Positions 28,690 to 40,801 of a stretch of 64,000 nucleotides of DNA are shown piece by piece. Source of the stretch: Thermodesulfobacteriota bacterium (GTDB lineage Bacteria > Desulfobacterota > Desulfarculia > JACQYL01); contig CAXXLZ010000001.1 in NCBI GenBank assembly GCA_963675595.2, positions 288,001 through 352,000 on the forward strand, read 5' to 3'. The stretch's first letter is position 1. Each line of letters starts with the position of its first letter. The notes under the pieces are model-generated. The model saw only the letters and a program-made list of their open reading frames with translations. It was not told the DNA's origin and did not search any database. A program made the position numbers and the translations under genes.

Positions 28690-30366
28690 ATGATTCTCGG
28701 GTTGGATGTGGGAGGAACTCACACCGATACGGCTCTGGTTTCTCCCGGGGGAGTGGCCCGGGTGGTTAAAACGCCCACGGGATCGGACCTGTTGGAAACC
28801 TTGACCGAAGCTCTCACACGGGCTCTCGAAACCATTCCTTTGGTGAAATTGGAGCGGATGGTTTTCTCCACGACCCTGGCTACCAATGCCGTAGTCCAGG
28901 ACCGGCTTGATCCGGTGGGTATGATGGTCATGGCCGGGCCCGGGATCGATCCCGAGCTGTATTCCGTGGGACCGTGTTATCGAACGATCCCGGGAGTTGT
29001 GGATCATCGCGGCAAGGAAGTGGTGCCGCCCGACCGCAGAGCCGTCGAGGGAATCCGGGAAGAAATGGGGTGGCTGGGACTGGACAAGGTGGGCGTCGTG
29101 GGAAAATTCAGTGTCCGGCATCCGGGCCATGAGATGTCCGTGAGGACCTGGATCAAGGACCATTTTTCCCATGTGGCTTTGGGACATCGGATTTCCGGGG
29201 GGTTGAACTTCCCCAGGCGCATCCACACGACCTATCTCAACGCCGCGCTCAACGACATCCACGTCGAATTCGTCCAATCTCTTCAAGCGACCCTCGACCG
29301 GTTGGGTCTCGACGCTCCGAGTTACCTGCTTAAACCGGAAGGCGGCACGATTCTTATGGATCGTTCTTTCGATCAGCCCGCCCATACCGCCCAATCGGGA
29401 CCCGCGGCGAGCGTTATCGGGGCCATTGCGCTTCATTGCACTCCTCAGACATCCCTGGTGCTGGATATCGGAGGCACCACAACGGACATGGCTGTGATCA
29501 TGAACAGCGCGCCGCTGCTGAATCCCACGGGTGTTCGTATCGGCCCCTACAAGACCTCGATACGTTCCTTGTACACCTGTTCCATCGGGGTAGGCGGGGA
29601 CAGTGAGGTGCGTATCGACAAGCAGGGAAATCTCAGGGTGGGACCGAACCGCCAAGGGCCGCCGGCGGCCATGGGTGGAAGCGTTCCCACGCCTACGGAC
29701 GCCCTGGTGTTTTTGGGAAAACTAAAGGCGGGAAGGGCTTCGAGAGCGTGCGACGCCATCGAGAAGCTGGCGCAGAAGATCGAGAAACGACCGGAAGAAA
29801 CGGCGGAGCGGATCCTTGAGGAAGCCGCCCGGGTGATTGCCGAGGGAGCGAGCCAATTCATTCAGGAGATCAACAGCCAACCCGTCTATACCATCTATGA
29901 ATTGATTGAAGACCGCAAGGTGGAGCCGGAACGGGTGGTGCTTATCGGGGGGCCTGCCCTTTGCCTGGCTCCGTATGTCCAGGAAGCCCTCGGACTGCCC
30001 GCGGCGGTGCCCAAACACTACAAGGCGGCCAACGCCATCGGCGCCGCGTGTGCTCGGGTCACTACGGAAATCAATCTGCATGCCGACACGGAAATGGGAA
30101 AAGCGGTAATCCCGGAGGAGGAATTCGAGACGTCCATCGGTCGGGACTTCACCATCGAAAACGCTCGCGCCATGGCGGGCGAACGCCTGAAGGAAAGAGC
30201 CTTGCGACAGGGCGCCAACCCGGAAGAGCTTCAGGTGACCGTTTGCGACGAACAGGTGTTCGGCATGGTCCGCGATTTTCAGCGCGTGGGGACCAACATA
30301 CGGCTTCGCGCCCAGATCACGCCGGGCCTTACCCGCAAATGGATGCATGAACTGTGCGAGATATGA
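28690..30366 (+). CDS. Hydantoinase/oxoprolinase family protein
   Basis: GLDVGGTHTD, STTLATNA, SGPAAS, DIGGTTTD, GVGGDS, PTPTDA. Confidence 0.93.
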   Translation: MILGLDVGGTHTDTALVSPGGVARVVKTPTGSDLLETLTEALTRALETIPLVKLERMVFSTTLATNAVVQDRLDPVGMMVMAGPGIDPELYSVGPCYRTIPGVVDHRGKEVVPPDRRAVEGIREEMGWLGLDKVGVVGKFSVRHPGHEMSVRTWIKDHFSHVALGHRISGGLNFPRRIHTTYLNAALNDIHVEFVQSLQATLDRLGLDAPSYLLKPEGGTILMDRSFDQPAHTAQSGPAASVIGAIALHCTPQTSLVLDIGGTTTDMAVIMNSAPLLNPTGVRIGPYKTSIRSLYTCSIGVGGDSEVRIDKQGNLRVGPNRQGPPAAMGGSVPTPTDALVFLGKLKAGRASRACDAIEKLAQKIEKRPEETAERILEEAARVIAEGASQFIQEINSQPVYTIYELIEDRKVEPERVVLIGGPALCLAPYVQEALGLPAAVPKHYKAANAIGAACARVTTEINLHADTEMGKAVIPEEEFETSIGRDFTIENARAMAGERLKERALRQGANPEELQVTVCDEQVFGMVRDFQRVGTNIRLRAQITPGLTRKWMHELCEI

Positions 30367-30389
30367 CGGCAATCGAGGAGTGAAAACTC

Positions 30390-31697
30390 ATGCTGAAGGC
30401 CGAAAAGAAGATGGGGCTCATATTTTTCCCGGCCTACGACTGGGCCATCAGTCCCAATCACCCCGAGCGCGAAGAACGCCTCCTTTACACTCAGGACCAG
30501 GTACTGGAGGAGGGCGTGCTCGACATCGAAGGAATCCGCGAATACCGTACCCGGCCGGCGACCGTCGAGGACATCCGCCGAGTTCACTTCTGCGTGCCCG
30601 ATGAGCCCTCGGTGACCACGGAAAGCCACATGATCTCCGCGGGAGGCTGCATCGTGGCCGCGGACGCCGTCATGAAGAAGGAAGTGGATTGTTCCTTCGC
30701 CCTGGTCCGCCCGCCGGGGCACCACGCCACCCGCATCGTTCACGGGAACCGAGGCTTCTGCAATGTGAACATCGAAGCGGTCATGATCGAATACATTCGG
30801 GATACCTACGGAGTGCGCAAAGTCGCCGTGGTGGATACGGACTGTCATCATGGAGACGGCACCCAGGACGTCTATTGGCACGACCCGGACACCTTGTTCA
30901 TCTCCCTGCACCAGGACGGAAGGACTTTGTATCCCGGGACGGGATTTCCCAATGAAGTGGGCGGCCCCAACGCTTTAGGGGCCACCATGAATATTCCCCT
31001 TCCGCCTCATACCGGGGAGAAGGGAATCCTGTACGTCCTGGAAAATCTCATCATGCCGGCGTTGGAGCGCTTCCAACCGGAACTGATCATCAACTCGGCC
31101 GGCCAGGACAATCACTACCTGGACCCCATCACCAACATGAACTTTTCCGCGCAAGGGTATGCCCGACTGTCCAAAATACTTAATCCGGACATTGCCGTGC
31201 TCGAAGGAGGATACTCCATCGAAAGCGCCCTGCCGTACGTGAACCTCGGAATCATCCTGGCCATGGCGGGCATGGACACCACCCACGTGAAGGAACCCCG
31301 CTACGACGAGCAATACCGGCCGCAGGAAGACCGGATCAGCTCCTACATCGAACGTCTGGTGGAGGAGCTCGGACCCTATTTCTTCGAGGGCAAATGGGGC
31401 GGTCCCACCTATGAGATCGGAAGCGTGGCCACCAAATCCAGAGTGATCCATTACGATACGGATATGATCTCCGATAATCAGACCGAGCACGTGCGGGTCT
31501 GTGGAGACTGTGGAGGATGCTGGAAGATTCACTCGTCTTCGACCCGCGGCAGGCGGGTGCTGGTGGTGCACATTCCGCGCAACGCCTGTCCGGAATGCGT
31601 CAAGAAAGGCATGGATTGGTTCGACCGGGAGGAACCCGAGGATTACGATCATGTCTTCCTTCAGGATCGCACGAACCGGCAATATCTTGTGAAGTAA
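30390..31697 (+). CDS. Histone deacetylase family amidohydrolase with Cys-rich C-terminal extension
   Basis: HPE, RPPGHHA, GFC, DCHHGDGTQ, SLHQ, YPGTG, LEGGY. Confidence 0.93.
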   Translation: MLKAEKKMGLIFFPAYDWAISPNHPEREERLLYTQDQVLEEGVLDIEGIREYRTRPATVEDIRRVHFCVPDEPSVTTESHMISAGGCIVAADAVMKKEVDCSFALVRPPGHHATRIVHGNRGFCNVNIEAVMIEYIRDTYGVRKVAVVDTDCHHGDGTQDVYWHDPDTLFISLHQDGRTLYPGTGFPNEVGGPNALGATMNIPLPPHTGEKGILYVLENLIMPALERFQPELIINSAGQDNHYLDPITNMNFSAQGYARLSKILNPDIAVLEGGYSIESALPYVNLGIILAMAGMDTTHVKEPRYDEQYRPQEDRISSYIERLVEELGPYFFEGKWGGPTYEIGSVATKSRVIHYDTDMISDNQTEHVRVCGDCGGCWKIHSSSTRGRRVLVVHIPRNACPECVKKGMDWFDREEPEDYDHVFLQDRTNRQYLVK

Positions 31698-31700
31698 CTC

Positions 31701-33104
31701 ATGGATCGCCAGGCCTTGTTTCAAAGCCTGAGGCGGCGTTATCCCGTCTTCCGATATCGGAGCTTCCACAAGGAAGAAACGGCGGACCGCCTCAGGCTCA
31801 CCTTTCACTTCGAAATTCCTCCGGACATTCATTTCGATCCTTACGTGGAGATTTTCAGGCCGGTGACCGGGTTTGTTTATCCGGACCCGGCGGAAACGGA
31901 CAACCTCGTCTTTCACCTGGGCCTTATTGAGGCGATCAGTTACTGGAAGTGCGTGTGCGCACCGCGAATCTCCGTGGAATGCGGCGCGTTGACCTCCGAC
32001 CAGGCGGCCTGGTGGCGAGACCTGTTCCTGGACGGTCTCGGCGAATTCATCTACATCAATGGAATCGATTACCGTGGCGAACCCCTGGTGGACTTCACCT
32101 TTCCGATGGAGAGGGCCGGGACCTTCGCCAAAGGTCCATTCACGGAATTCCCCGGGAATCTCATTCCCGTGGGGGGAGGCAAGGACTCCGCCGTCACCCT
32201 GGAAGTCCTCCGACCGCTGCGGTCCCGTTCGTGGGCCTTTCTGCTGAACCCCACGCGGGCCATGACCGACTCGGTACGCATCGCCGAAATTCCCCCGGAA
32301 CGCACCCTGATCATACGCAGAGAAATCGAACCCGGACTTCTGGAACTCAACCGGCGAGGATACCTCAACGGACACACACCTTTTTCCGCCTACCTGGGGT
32401 TCCTGGGGGTGCTCTGCGCCCGCCTCACGGGATGCGGCCACATCGTGCTGTCCAATGAAACCAGTTCCAACTACGGCAACACGGAATACCTGGGACGCAC
32501 GGTGAACCATCAGTATTCCAAGAGCCTGGATTTCGAGGGGAAGTTCGACGAGTATGTCCGCGCTCACCTGGAACCGGGGATTCGGTATTTCAGCCTGCTC
32601 AGGCCCCTGGAGGAACTGCGCATCGCGCGGCTCTTCGCCTCCCTTCCCGAATACCCGGACGTGTTCCGAAGCTGCAACGCGGGCATGAAGGAAGACCGTT
32701 GGTGCGGAGAATGCGCCAAGTGTCTGTTCGTGTACATCATGCTGCACCCCTTTATGCCCCTTTCCCGTTTGACGCGTCTGTTCGGCGGGGACCTGCTGGA
32801 TCGGGAGGACCTCCTGCCCCTGTTCAAACGTCTGCTGGGAAGGGAAGGAGTCAAGCCTTTCGATTGCGTGGGCACGCAGGAGGAAGTGGGCGCCGCCCTG
32901 GCTCTGAGCCTTCAGGCCGTGCGAGACCAGGGGGGCAAGCCGCCGGTGTTGCTCGACCACTTTGGACGCCTCCTCGCGGAGGAGGGGCGAAGTCCGGATC
33001 GGGAAGCGAATCGGGCCCGGGACCTGCTTAGGCGGTTTCACACGGATCACCGGGTTCCCGAAGAATATCTACGGTTGCTCCGCCGTTTTATGGCAGACCG
33101 CTGA
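31701..33104 (+). CDS. murL: UDP-MurNAc-L-Ala-L-Glu epimerase MurL
   Basis: GGGKDS PP-loop, NGHTPFSA, LSNE, NHQYSKS, YFSLLRP, FRSCN, WCGECAKC; adjacent MurD homolog. Confidence 0.8.
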   Translation: MDRQALFQSLRRRYPVFRYRSFHKEETADRLRLTFHFEIPPDIHFDPYVEIFRPVTGFVYPDPAETDNLVFHLGLIEAISYWKCVCAPRISVECGALTSDQAAWWRDLFLDGLGEFIYINGIDYRGEPLVDFTFPMERAGTFAKGPFTEFPGNLIPVGGGKDSAVTLEVLRPLRSRSWAFLLNPTRAMTDSVRIAEIPPERTLIIRREIEPGLLELNRRGYLNGHTPFSAYLGFLGVLCARLTGCGHIVLSNETSSNYGNTEYLGRTVNHQYSKSLDFEGKFDEYVRAHLEPGIRYFSLLRPLEELRIARLFASLPEYPDVFRSCNAGMKEDRWCGECAKCLFVYIMLHPFMPLSRLTRLFGGDLLDREDLLPLFKRLLGREGVKPFDCVGTQEEVGAALALSLQAVRDQGGKPPVLLDHFGRLLAEEGRSPDREANRARDLLRRFHTDHRVPEEYLRLLRRFMADR

Positions 33105-33219
33105 AAAACGCGATCTGCAGCGTTGCGCTTCGTCCCTTGTCGCTGCGACGTACTTACATGTACGGTCTCACTCCGCGGGATTTGCGCGCCTTGCATCTCA
33201 TCGTTTTTCAACAGCCTGC
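33093..33219 (+). repeat. MITE-like repeat family A, overlapping the murL stop codon
   Basis: GCAGACCGCTGAAAAACG...CGTTTTTCAACAGCCTGC imperfect terminal inverted repeat. Confidence 0.85.
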
Positions 33220-33542
33220 CCGAGGATCACGAAGCGGTAAGCCGCATTGCCGATGAAGCGCATTCAAGCTGAGACGCCTTCGTCCAAGGTTCCACTCGCT
33301 ACGGTGCCGGCAGCCTGTACACGGAGAACACCGGGTTCCGGTTGCGACGCGCAAGCGAGCAACCCTTTTGAGAAGTTTGGGAAGCAACTGTGTTCTTTGT
33401 CAACTGAGTTGTTTGTCACTGATTCCTATGAAGCTGTAACACGGCGCTTGCTAGGCGCGGCACGCGTGGGGCTGCCGCGCGCAAGCACCGCGCCACAGCA
33501 GACCACGGCAGCATCGGTTAACCGATGTGATACATAAACCGG

Positions 33543-34700
<1,158 letters not shown>

Positions 34701-34719
34701 GGCATGCTAAATATACAAG

Positions 34720-34754
34720 GGGTCCGGGGAAACCCTTTTCAAAGGGTTTCCCCG
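34720..34754. repeat. REP-like palindrome (family B), target of the IS621-like element
   Basis: GGGTCCGGGGAAACCCTTT-TC-AAAGGGTTTCCCC; relatives near 51335, 56350, 57051, 57803, 57997 and 61187. Confidence 0.8.
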
Positions 34755-34835
34755 ACTGTCCCGCCGGGGCTCATTCTCTTGAAAGCCGGACATCAACAGA
34801 GATCACCCTCGTTTTCGACGGAGTCTGGAACACTT

Positions 34836-36308
34836 ATGGAGCCTTGGAAATCCATTCTTGATTTGGTGAGGGACCGAAAGGTGCTCATCGCGGGATTCGG
34901 CCGGGAAGGGCGAAGCACCTACCGGTTGCTTCGGGAGCGCCTGCCCGAGCAGGTTCTTCACGTGGGGGACCGCAACGGCTCCCATGAGGCTCTGGACGGG
35001 TTGCGAGGCGACCCCAAGGCGGTGCTTCACACGGGAGACGCCTACCTCCGGGACCTGGAGTCCTATGATTTGGTGATCAAGGCTCCGGGCATTCCGCCCT
35101 CCGAGCTGGGGCCGGCCGCCGTTGGTCACAAGATTACTTCCCAGACGGACCTGTTCCTGCGGGTCTGCCCCGGAACCGTGGTGGGCATCACGGGCACCAA
35201 GGGGAAAAGCACCTGCGCGTCCCTGACCTTTGCGCTGCTCAAGGCCCACCACACCGACGTGCATCTTCTGGGCAACATCGGACGGCCCGCTCTGGACGAC
35301 CTGGACCGCCTCACTCCCGATTCCCTGGTGGTGTACGAACTGTCCAGCCACCAACTGGCCGACGTGCACAACAGCCCGCAAATCTCCGTGCTCCTCAACA
35401 TCTATTCGGAACATCTGGACTATTACGAGAACATGGAAGCCTATGTGCGGGCGAAAACCAACATCGCCCGGTTCGCCGGTCCTCGGGATGTGCTGATCTA
35501 TAACGATTCCTTTGAGGAACTGCGCCACGCAGCCCAAGAGTCGGCGGCCCGGGGAATCTTTTATTCCTTGGAGTGCTTGGATTGTAGCTTGGCGGATTCG
35601 TTGGGCTCGGCAAGGGGAGACTCTTCCGGAGAAAACCTCGCTGAACCCCTCCCGAGAATATTATGCAGAGAGGATACCCTCTACCTGAGGGAAGGGGAGG
35701 GCGTGGAATCGGTGATTTCCGTGGAGGATATTCCCCTGGCGGGACGATTCAATCTGAACAACGTGATGCCCGCGATCATTGCGGCCCGGCTCCTGCGCGT
35801 GCCCGTGCCGGTGATCCGGGAGGCTCTGAAGCGCTTCACACCCCTGGAACACCGCCTGGAATTCGTGGGCAAATTCAAGGACATCGAATTCTTCGACGAC
35901 TCCATTTCCACCATTCCCGAATGCGCCATGGCGGCTTTGGAGCATTTCTCCGGCCGGGTAGGGAGCCTGATTCTGGGAGGGCACGATCGAAAGAACGACT
36001 ACCGCGCTCTGGCAAAAGCCTTGCTGAAACATCGCCCCGACGCGTTGATCCTGTTCCCCGGCACCGGAGACGCCATGCTCCGGGCTTTTGAAGCCGCACG
36101 AGGGACCTTGAATGCGGGCATCGAGACCTTTCGAGCACGCAACATGGAAGAAGCCGTGACCCTGGCCTATGCGCACACTCCGCGGGGCAAGGTCTGCCTC
36201 CTGTCTCCCGCGTCCCCGAGTTTCGGGCTGTTCAAGGACTTCGCCGACCGGGGAGACCAGTTCAAGATGTGGGTGCGGCGTTTGGGGGAGGCTTTCGACT
36301 CCAAGTAG
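34836..36308 (+). CDS. murD: MurD-type ligase, likely MurD2 (L-Glu-adding)
   Basis: GFGREG, GITGTKGKST, ELSSHQL, EHLDY, EHRLE, DDSISTIP, LSPASPSF; start reassigned to 34836. Confidence 0.9.
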   Translation: MEPWKSILDLVRDRKVLIAGFGREGRSTYRLLRERLPEQVLHVGDRNGSHEALDGLRGDPKAVLHTGDAYLRDLESYDLVIKAPGIPPSELGPAAVGHKITSQTDLFLRVCPGTVVGITGTKGKSTCASLTFALLKAHHTDVHLLGNIGRPALDDLDRLTPDSLVVYELSSHQLADVHNSPQISVLLNIYSEHLDYYENMEAYVRAKTNIARFAGPRDVLIYNDSFEELRHAAQESAARGIFYSLECLDCSLADSLGSARGDSSGENLAEPLPRILCREDTLYLREGEGVESVISVEDIPLAGRFNLNNVMPAIIAARLLRVPVPVIREALKRFTPLEHRLEFVGKFKDIEFFDDSISTIPECAMAALEHFSGRVGSLILGGHDRKNDYRALAKALLKHRPDALILFPGTGDAMLRAFEAARGTLNAGIETFRARNMEEAVTLAYAHTPRGKVCLLSPASPSFGLFKDFADRGDQFKMWVRRLGEAFDSK

Positions 36309-36715
36309 GGAATGGTTCACGCGGACCAAATCTCGAGATATCCGTCTCACGTTCCTCTCGGTTCAGCTTCACGATTCTTGTAGAAAACCGCTCTCAATAC
36401 CGGCATGTGCCTTACCGAGTGCCTCAATGGAATAACCGAGCCGCTTTCTTGCCACCACGGGCCAAAAACCGCTATATCCGGGAAATTGTTCGAGGTGGTT
36501 TCGAGAACCGTATGAGAAGCCCGATGTTGGTTCCTGCTTATCATTTCGCGGAGAAAAAGAGATCGGAAGTTCATGATATGCTTGGAGGTTGTTTCCGGGA
36601 CCCCGGACGAAAAAGGATTCCACCTCGGAAACGATCTCAAAAGGAGCCCCTGCGTCTCCGGCAAATCCATACGAAATTTGGGGCGCTGTGGGGGCGAACC
36701 TTATTCACTTTCTCA

Positions 36716-37800
36716 TTACCGGACTCCCGATCCCTTCATACCGCAATCAGCCTCCGTGTCAGAGGCCCCCGGTTCATGAAGGGCCACGGTGATCCGGTCC
36801 CTGCCGTCCCGCTTGCTCCGGTAAAGAGCCTTGTCCGCCAAGGCGACGAGAGTTTCCGCTTCGTAGGCCTGATGGGGAATCACGGTAGCCAAGCCGAAAC
36901 TCAAGGTTACGATTTCGCGGATCGTGGAAGCCGCGTGGGGAACGGCTTTGGCTTCCATGCGCTCCTTGATCTCCCGCGCGATGTTGAGCGCTCCCGACGA
37001 GTCGGTGTTGGGCAGGATGACGGCGAACTCCTCGCCTCCGTATCGAGCCGCCACGTCGGAGACACGACCCACGGAGCGGCCGATGGCGTCGGCCGCCTGC
37101 CGGATGCAGTCGTCCCCGGCGAGGTGACCGTAGAACTCGTTGTATTTCTTAAAAAATCGCTGTCTCCCATGATGAGGGACAAGGGACGGCCGTCGCGCGT
37201 GAGGCGTCGCCACTCGGTTTGGATCGTTTCATCGAAATATCGTCTGTTTCTGAGGCCGGTCAGGCCGTCCCGGCTGGAAGGGGCTTCCAGTTTGCGGTTC
37301 GCATCCTGAAGTTCGGCCGTTTTTTCGGAAATCTTGCTCTCCAACTGGACGGCGAAGGATCGCTGAGCTTCCAATGCCTGCTGCTGCGCCGCAAAGTTTT
37401 GTTTACGCAGCAGGTTGATCCTGTCTCCCAGGGCAAAGGAAAGCAGCACCACCTGAAAGATCAGGCCGATGCGAAGTCCGTGGAGCGTCAGGAAATGCCC
37501 GGGCGGAATCTCGGAGAGGTTGAGCCCGACCACGATGGACAAGGAAAGAAAGATGCTCCACGCCGGCAGGAAGAATCTGGCGGAGTGGTAGCCACGTCTC
37601 CAGACGAAGATTACGGTGAATACCAGAAAAGGGGGGATCACCATGGAACAAAATCGATGGATTCCGCGTCTATCCATGAGCACGGGGCATCGGAGCGTTG
37701 TTTCGTCACGGAGAAGATGTGCGGTCGCCGTGCTAAGACACGAAGTTCCGCAACGGTACCGCCTTCGTCCCCGACTATACCCTAAACAGAGACCGAGATG
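36716..37800 (-). pseudogene. Frameshifted, 5'-truncated membrane (7TM-DISM-like) diguanylate cyclase
   Basis: TM segments and DGLTGLRNRR in one frame; FKKYNEFYGHLAGD...RYGGEEF in another; shift at the T6 tract 37151-37156. Confidence 0.8.
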
Positions 37801-37995
37801 GTTGATAATCGGACTTCCGGCGTCCTCCCGCACCATGAGCCCCACTTCGGCAGGGTCGCGCTGAATCGGACTCCGGAAGGCAAACGCCTCCCATGGGCAC
37901 CGGCTCTCGCGACAAAGCGGGTGCCGGCTCTTCATACGGGCTCTGGATTGCGGTCGGCATCGGAAGGGCGAGGAAGCGAGGGTGTAGACATTTAC

Positions 37996-38118
37996 CAGGC
38001 CGATGAAAAACGCGATCTGCGGCGTTGCGCTTCATCCCGCGTCACTGCGACGTACTCTATGTACGTCTCATTCCTCAGGAATTGCGCGCCTTGCATCTCA
38101 TCGTTTTTCAGCGGCCTG
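37996..38118 (+). repeat. MITE-like repeat family A
   Basis: CAGGCCGATGAAAAACG...CGTTTTTCAGCGGCCTG terminal inverted repeat. Confidence 0.85.
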
Positions 38119-38154
38119 CTGCAACCTGCTTTTCTCAACGGGCTGTTGATACCT

Positions 38155-38180
38155 GGGAGGACTTTCGGGGAAGTCCTCCC
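38155..38180. repeat. Short palindrome GGGAGGACTTT-N4-AAGTCCTCCC (REP/terminator-like)
   Basis: Near-identical copies at about 61922-61946 and 63490-63520. Confidence 0.65.
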
Positions 38181-38220
38181 GGGCGAATGAACAAAGGATG
38201 GGAAGAGGGTGGGCGGTCGA

Positions 38221-38991
38221 CTATCGGGAAGCGTTGTTCATGAAATCCCGAACCAATTTCTCGTAGGAACCGTCGTTCTTCATCTCCGCGAGGGCCTGAT
38301 TGAAGGCGGCGAGGACCGTCTCTTTCTTCAACGATTTTGCGAACGCCAAGTAGGCCTTGTTCACCGCGGCGAGTTGGCCCAGTTGCTCGACCCGGTCGCT
38401 CCAGTTTTCCTTGCGGACGACCCGAGAGGCGGCCACATGGTCCGCAATGACACAGTCCACTTTCCCCGAGAGCAGGTTCCGAAAGTTTTCCGCGTCGGAA
38501 TGGACCGCCTCAACGGTGAATTGATATCTTGCTCGGGCGGCATCAAACGCTTCGCCGTAGCTCCATCCATGGAGCAGGCCGATGGTTTTTCCCTGCAAAT
38601 CGGACAATCCGGAGAATTGGAACGCCTTCCCTTTCTTGACGTACACGGCCAGGTGCTCCTCGAACAGGGGTTCCGAGTAGTCGTAGATTTTGGTACGCGC
38701 GTCGTTCCGGTAAATGCCTCCCACGGCCGCGGCGCCCTCCTCACCCGCCTTTAACGCCTCTTCCCAGGGAAGCGCGCGAATCTCCACTTGAGCTCCCATG
38801 CGGGCGAAAACCGCTTTGATCAGTTCGGGGTATAGTCCCTTGGCCTGTTCCGTCGTGCCGAACATATACGGTGGGTAGGCCTCATCCACGACTACGATGG
38901 TCTTGTCCGGGGACCCCAGGGCGGTCATAGCCGATCCGGAGACCGCGGAAAAAACGAGCATGAAGAGTAAGGTTATTATTCTCATTTTCAT
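38221..38991 (-). CDS. Periplasmic substrate-binding protein (family 3)
   Basis: Signal peptide; YPPY, DYSEPL, DLQGKTIG, MKNDGSYEKL. Confidence 0.9.
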   Translation of the reverse strand: MKMRIITLLFMLVFSAVSGSAMTALGSPDKTIVVVDEAYPPYMFGTTEQAKGLYPELIKAVFARMGAQVEIRALPWEEALKAGEEGAAAVGGIYRNDARTKIYDYSEPLFEEHLAVYVKKGKAFQFSGLSDLQGKTIGLLHGWSYGEAFDAARARYQFTVEAVHSDAENFRNLLSGKVDCVIADHVAASRVVRKENWSDRVEQLGQLAAVNKAYLAFAKSLKKETVLAAFNQALAEMKNDGSYEKLVRDFMNNASR

Positions 38992-40801
38992 TCCCTTTCT
39001 CCACTTCGCGGGAGACGGGATTGGGGGGACGCTCCGGATCGTGGTGAGCGTCCCGAATCCCCCCTACCGGGCGCACAGTGTCACGGTCGTTTCGGGGAGC
39101 CGATCAGGGGAGTCTTGACCGGTTCCGCAAGGCCGATGAACACCACGATCTCGTGGCCGCCGGGGTTCGTCTGAACCGGCACGGTCAGCCAGTTGTTGGC
39201 CAGCCAGACATTCCCCGAAGGATCGATCTGAACTCCGGTATTACGCACCAGACCGTCATGACTGTAGCCGGTGTCCGGTGAGATGGGATCTCCGGTAGTG
39301 AGTCCCTCCGGGCATGTGGACGGTCGCGCCCCGCAAATATTGGATAGCCGCCGGCCATGGAAATTGGCCACCCACACATTGTCGTTGCCGTCCACCGCAA
39401 TCCCCCATGGAGCGACAAGGCCGCCGCCTTTGTACGGAGAATCGGCGGTGGGCTCCCCATTGGGTTGAATCATGGTGACGGACGCGTTTTCCCCGGTGAT
39501 TTCATCCGGGAAATGAATGGTCGTGTCTCCGCAGGGTGTATCCACCACTCCGGAATTGGCTACCCACACGTTACCCAAGCTGTCGGAGGCGATGCCCATG
39601 GGATAGTTGACGCCGGCTTCTCCATTCAATACGCTGCTAATGACGTTCCCGTCGGGGTCCAGCTGGAACACGCTGTCGTTGTGATTGCTGGTGACCCAGA
39701 TATTGCCGTTCACGTCCACGGCGACGTCAAAGGGCGCCGAGGCGCCGAAATCGTTGAAGACCATGCGCTGATTCACGTCACCGCCGGGGAACATGGTCAC
39801 ACTGTCACTGCCGCAATTCGCAACCCAGATATTGCCCGCTTCGTCCGAAACAATACCTTGAGGCTGTGCGTGGTCATCCAGAAAATAACCGCCCGGATCG
39901 GCTCCGTCCCTGTTGGGGGAGATGGGGTCTCCTGCGGAACTGAATTTGGCGGTGTTGTTCCAAAGCAGACTCGGATCCTCGGTGCAACCGGTTCCCTGGA
40001 ATCCGAAACTCGTGACCCACACATCGCCGTTCAGATCAAGGGCGATGCCGAAACCGGCCCCATAAAGGCCTCCCCCTTCGTAGGGCGCGCCGGGATAATC
40101 TTCGCCGGTGGGAGTGAGTTTCAGTACGTGGGTATCCCCGCAAACGTTTTCAGCGAAGGGATCGAGGTTGAAGGTATAGTTGTTGCTGATCCAGGCGTTC
40201 CCATCGGCATCGAAGGCGATGTTGCCCGGGCCGTCCAATTCTTCCCCGTTGCCGTCGTATCGAATGGCCAGGGTCCAGGCGTCGGGCGCCGACGAAAGTG
40301 CCGGTTCGTAAACCGCGAGCGTCTGCGAAACCTGGAACAGGGCTTCGGCGTTTTGTCCGGGAAAATGGGCGATGTTCGCCGCGGCCTGCAAAACGTTGTC
40401 CGGAGCGGCGCCGCCGGGAGGCGTCGCTTGTTCGAAGAGCGCCGTGCATGACGTGGAGTCGCGCACGCAGCCGGCCAGCATGTTGGCCAACGAATTGAAC
40501 TCGTTCATGGTCGAGGTGAACTCGCCGTTGGGGAAGGTTCCGAGCACCGAACCCACATCCCCGGAGTAAATATCGACCAGATTCTGCAGTATGGCCGCGG
40601 CGTTTTGCAGGCCCGGATAGGTTCCGCCGAGCTCGTAGCCTTCCAGGAACTGAGCCATTGCATAGGCTGTGGCCACGGTTGTTCTTTCGTTGACTACCGT
40701 GCCGGACGATGCGGGCGAGACGCCGATCACCGAAGCCATTCTCATGGAGGCTTCCGGGCCGTCCGCGATGAGATAAAGCACTCGGCTTTCCCCTTTAGGG
40801 G

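Noticed and set aside
36269-37309. 346-aa plus-strand ORF after murD
   Set aside because: Mostly antisense to the GGDEF pseudogene; no domain signature
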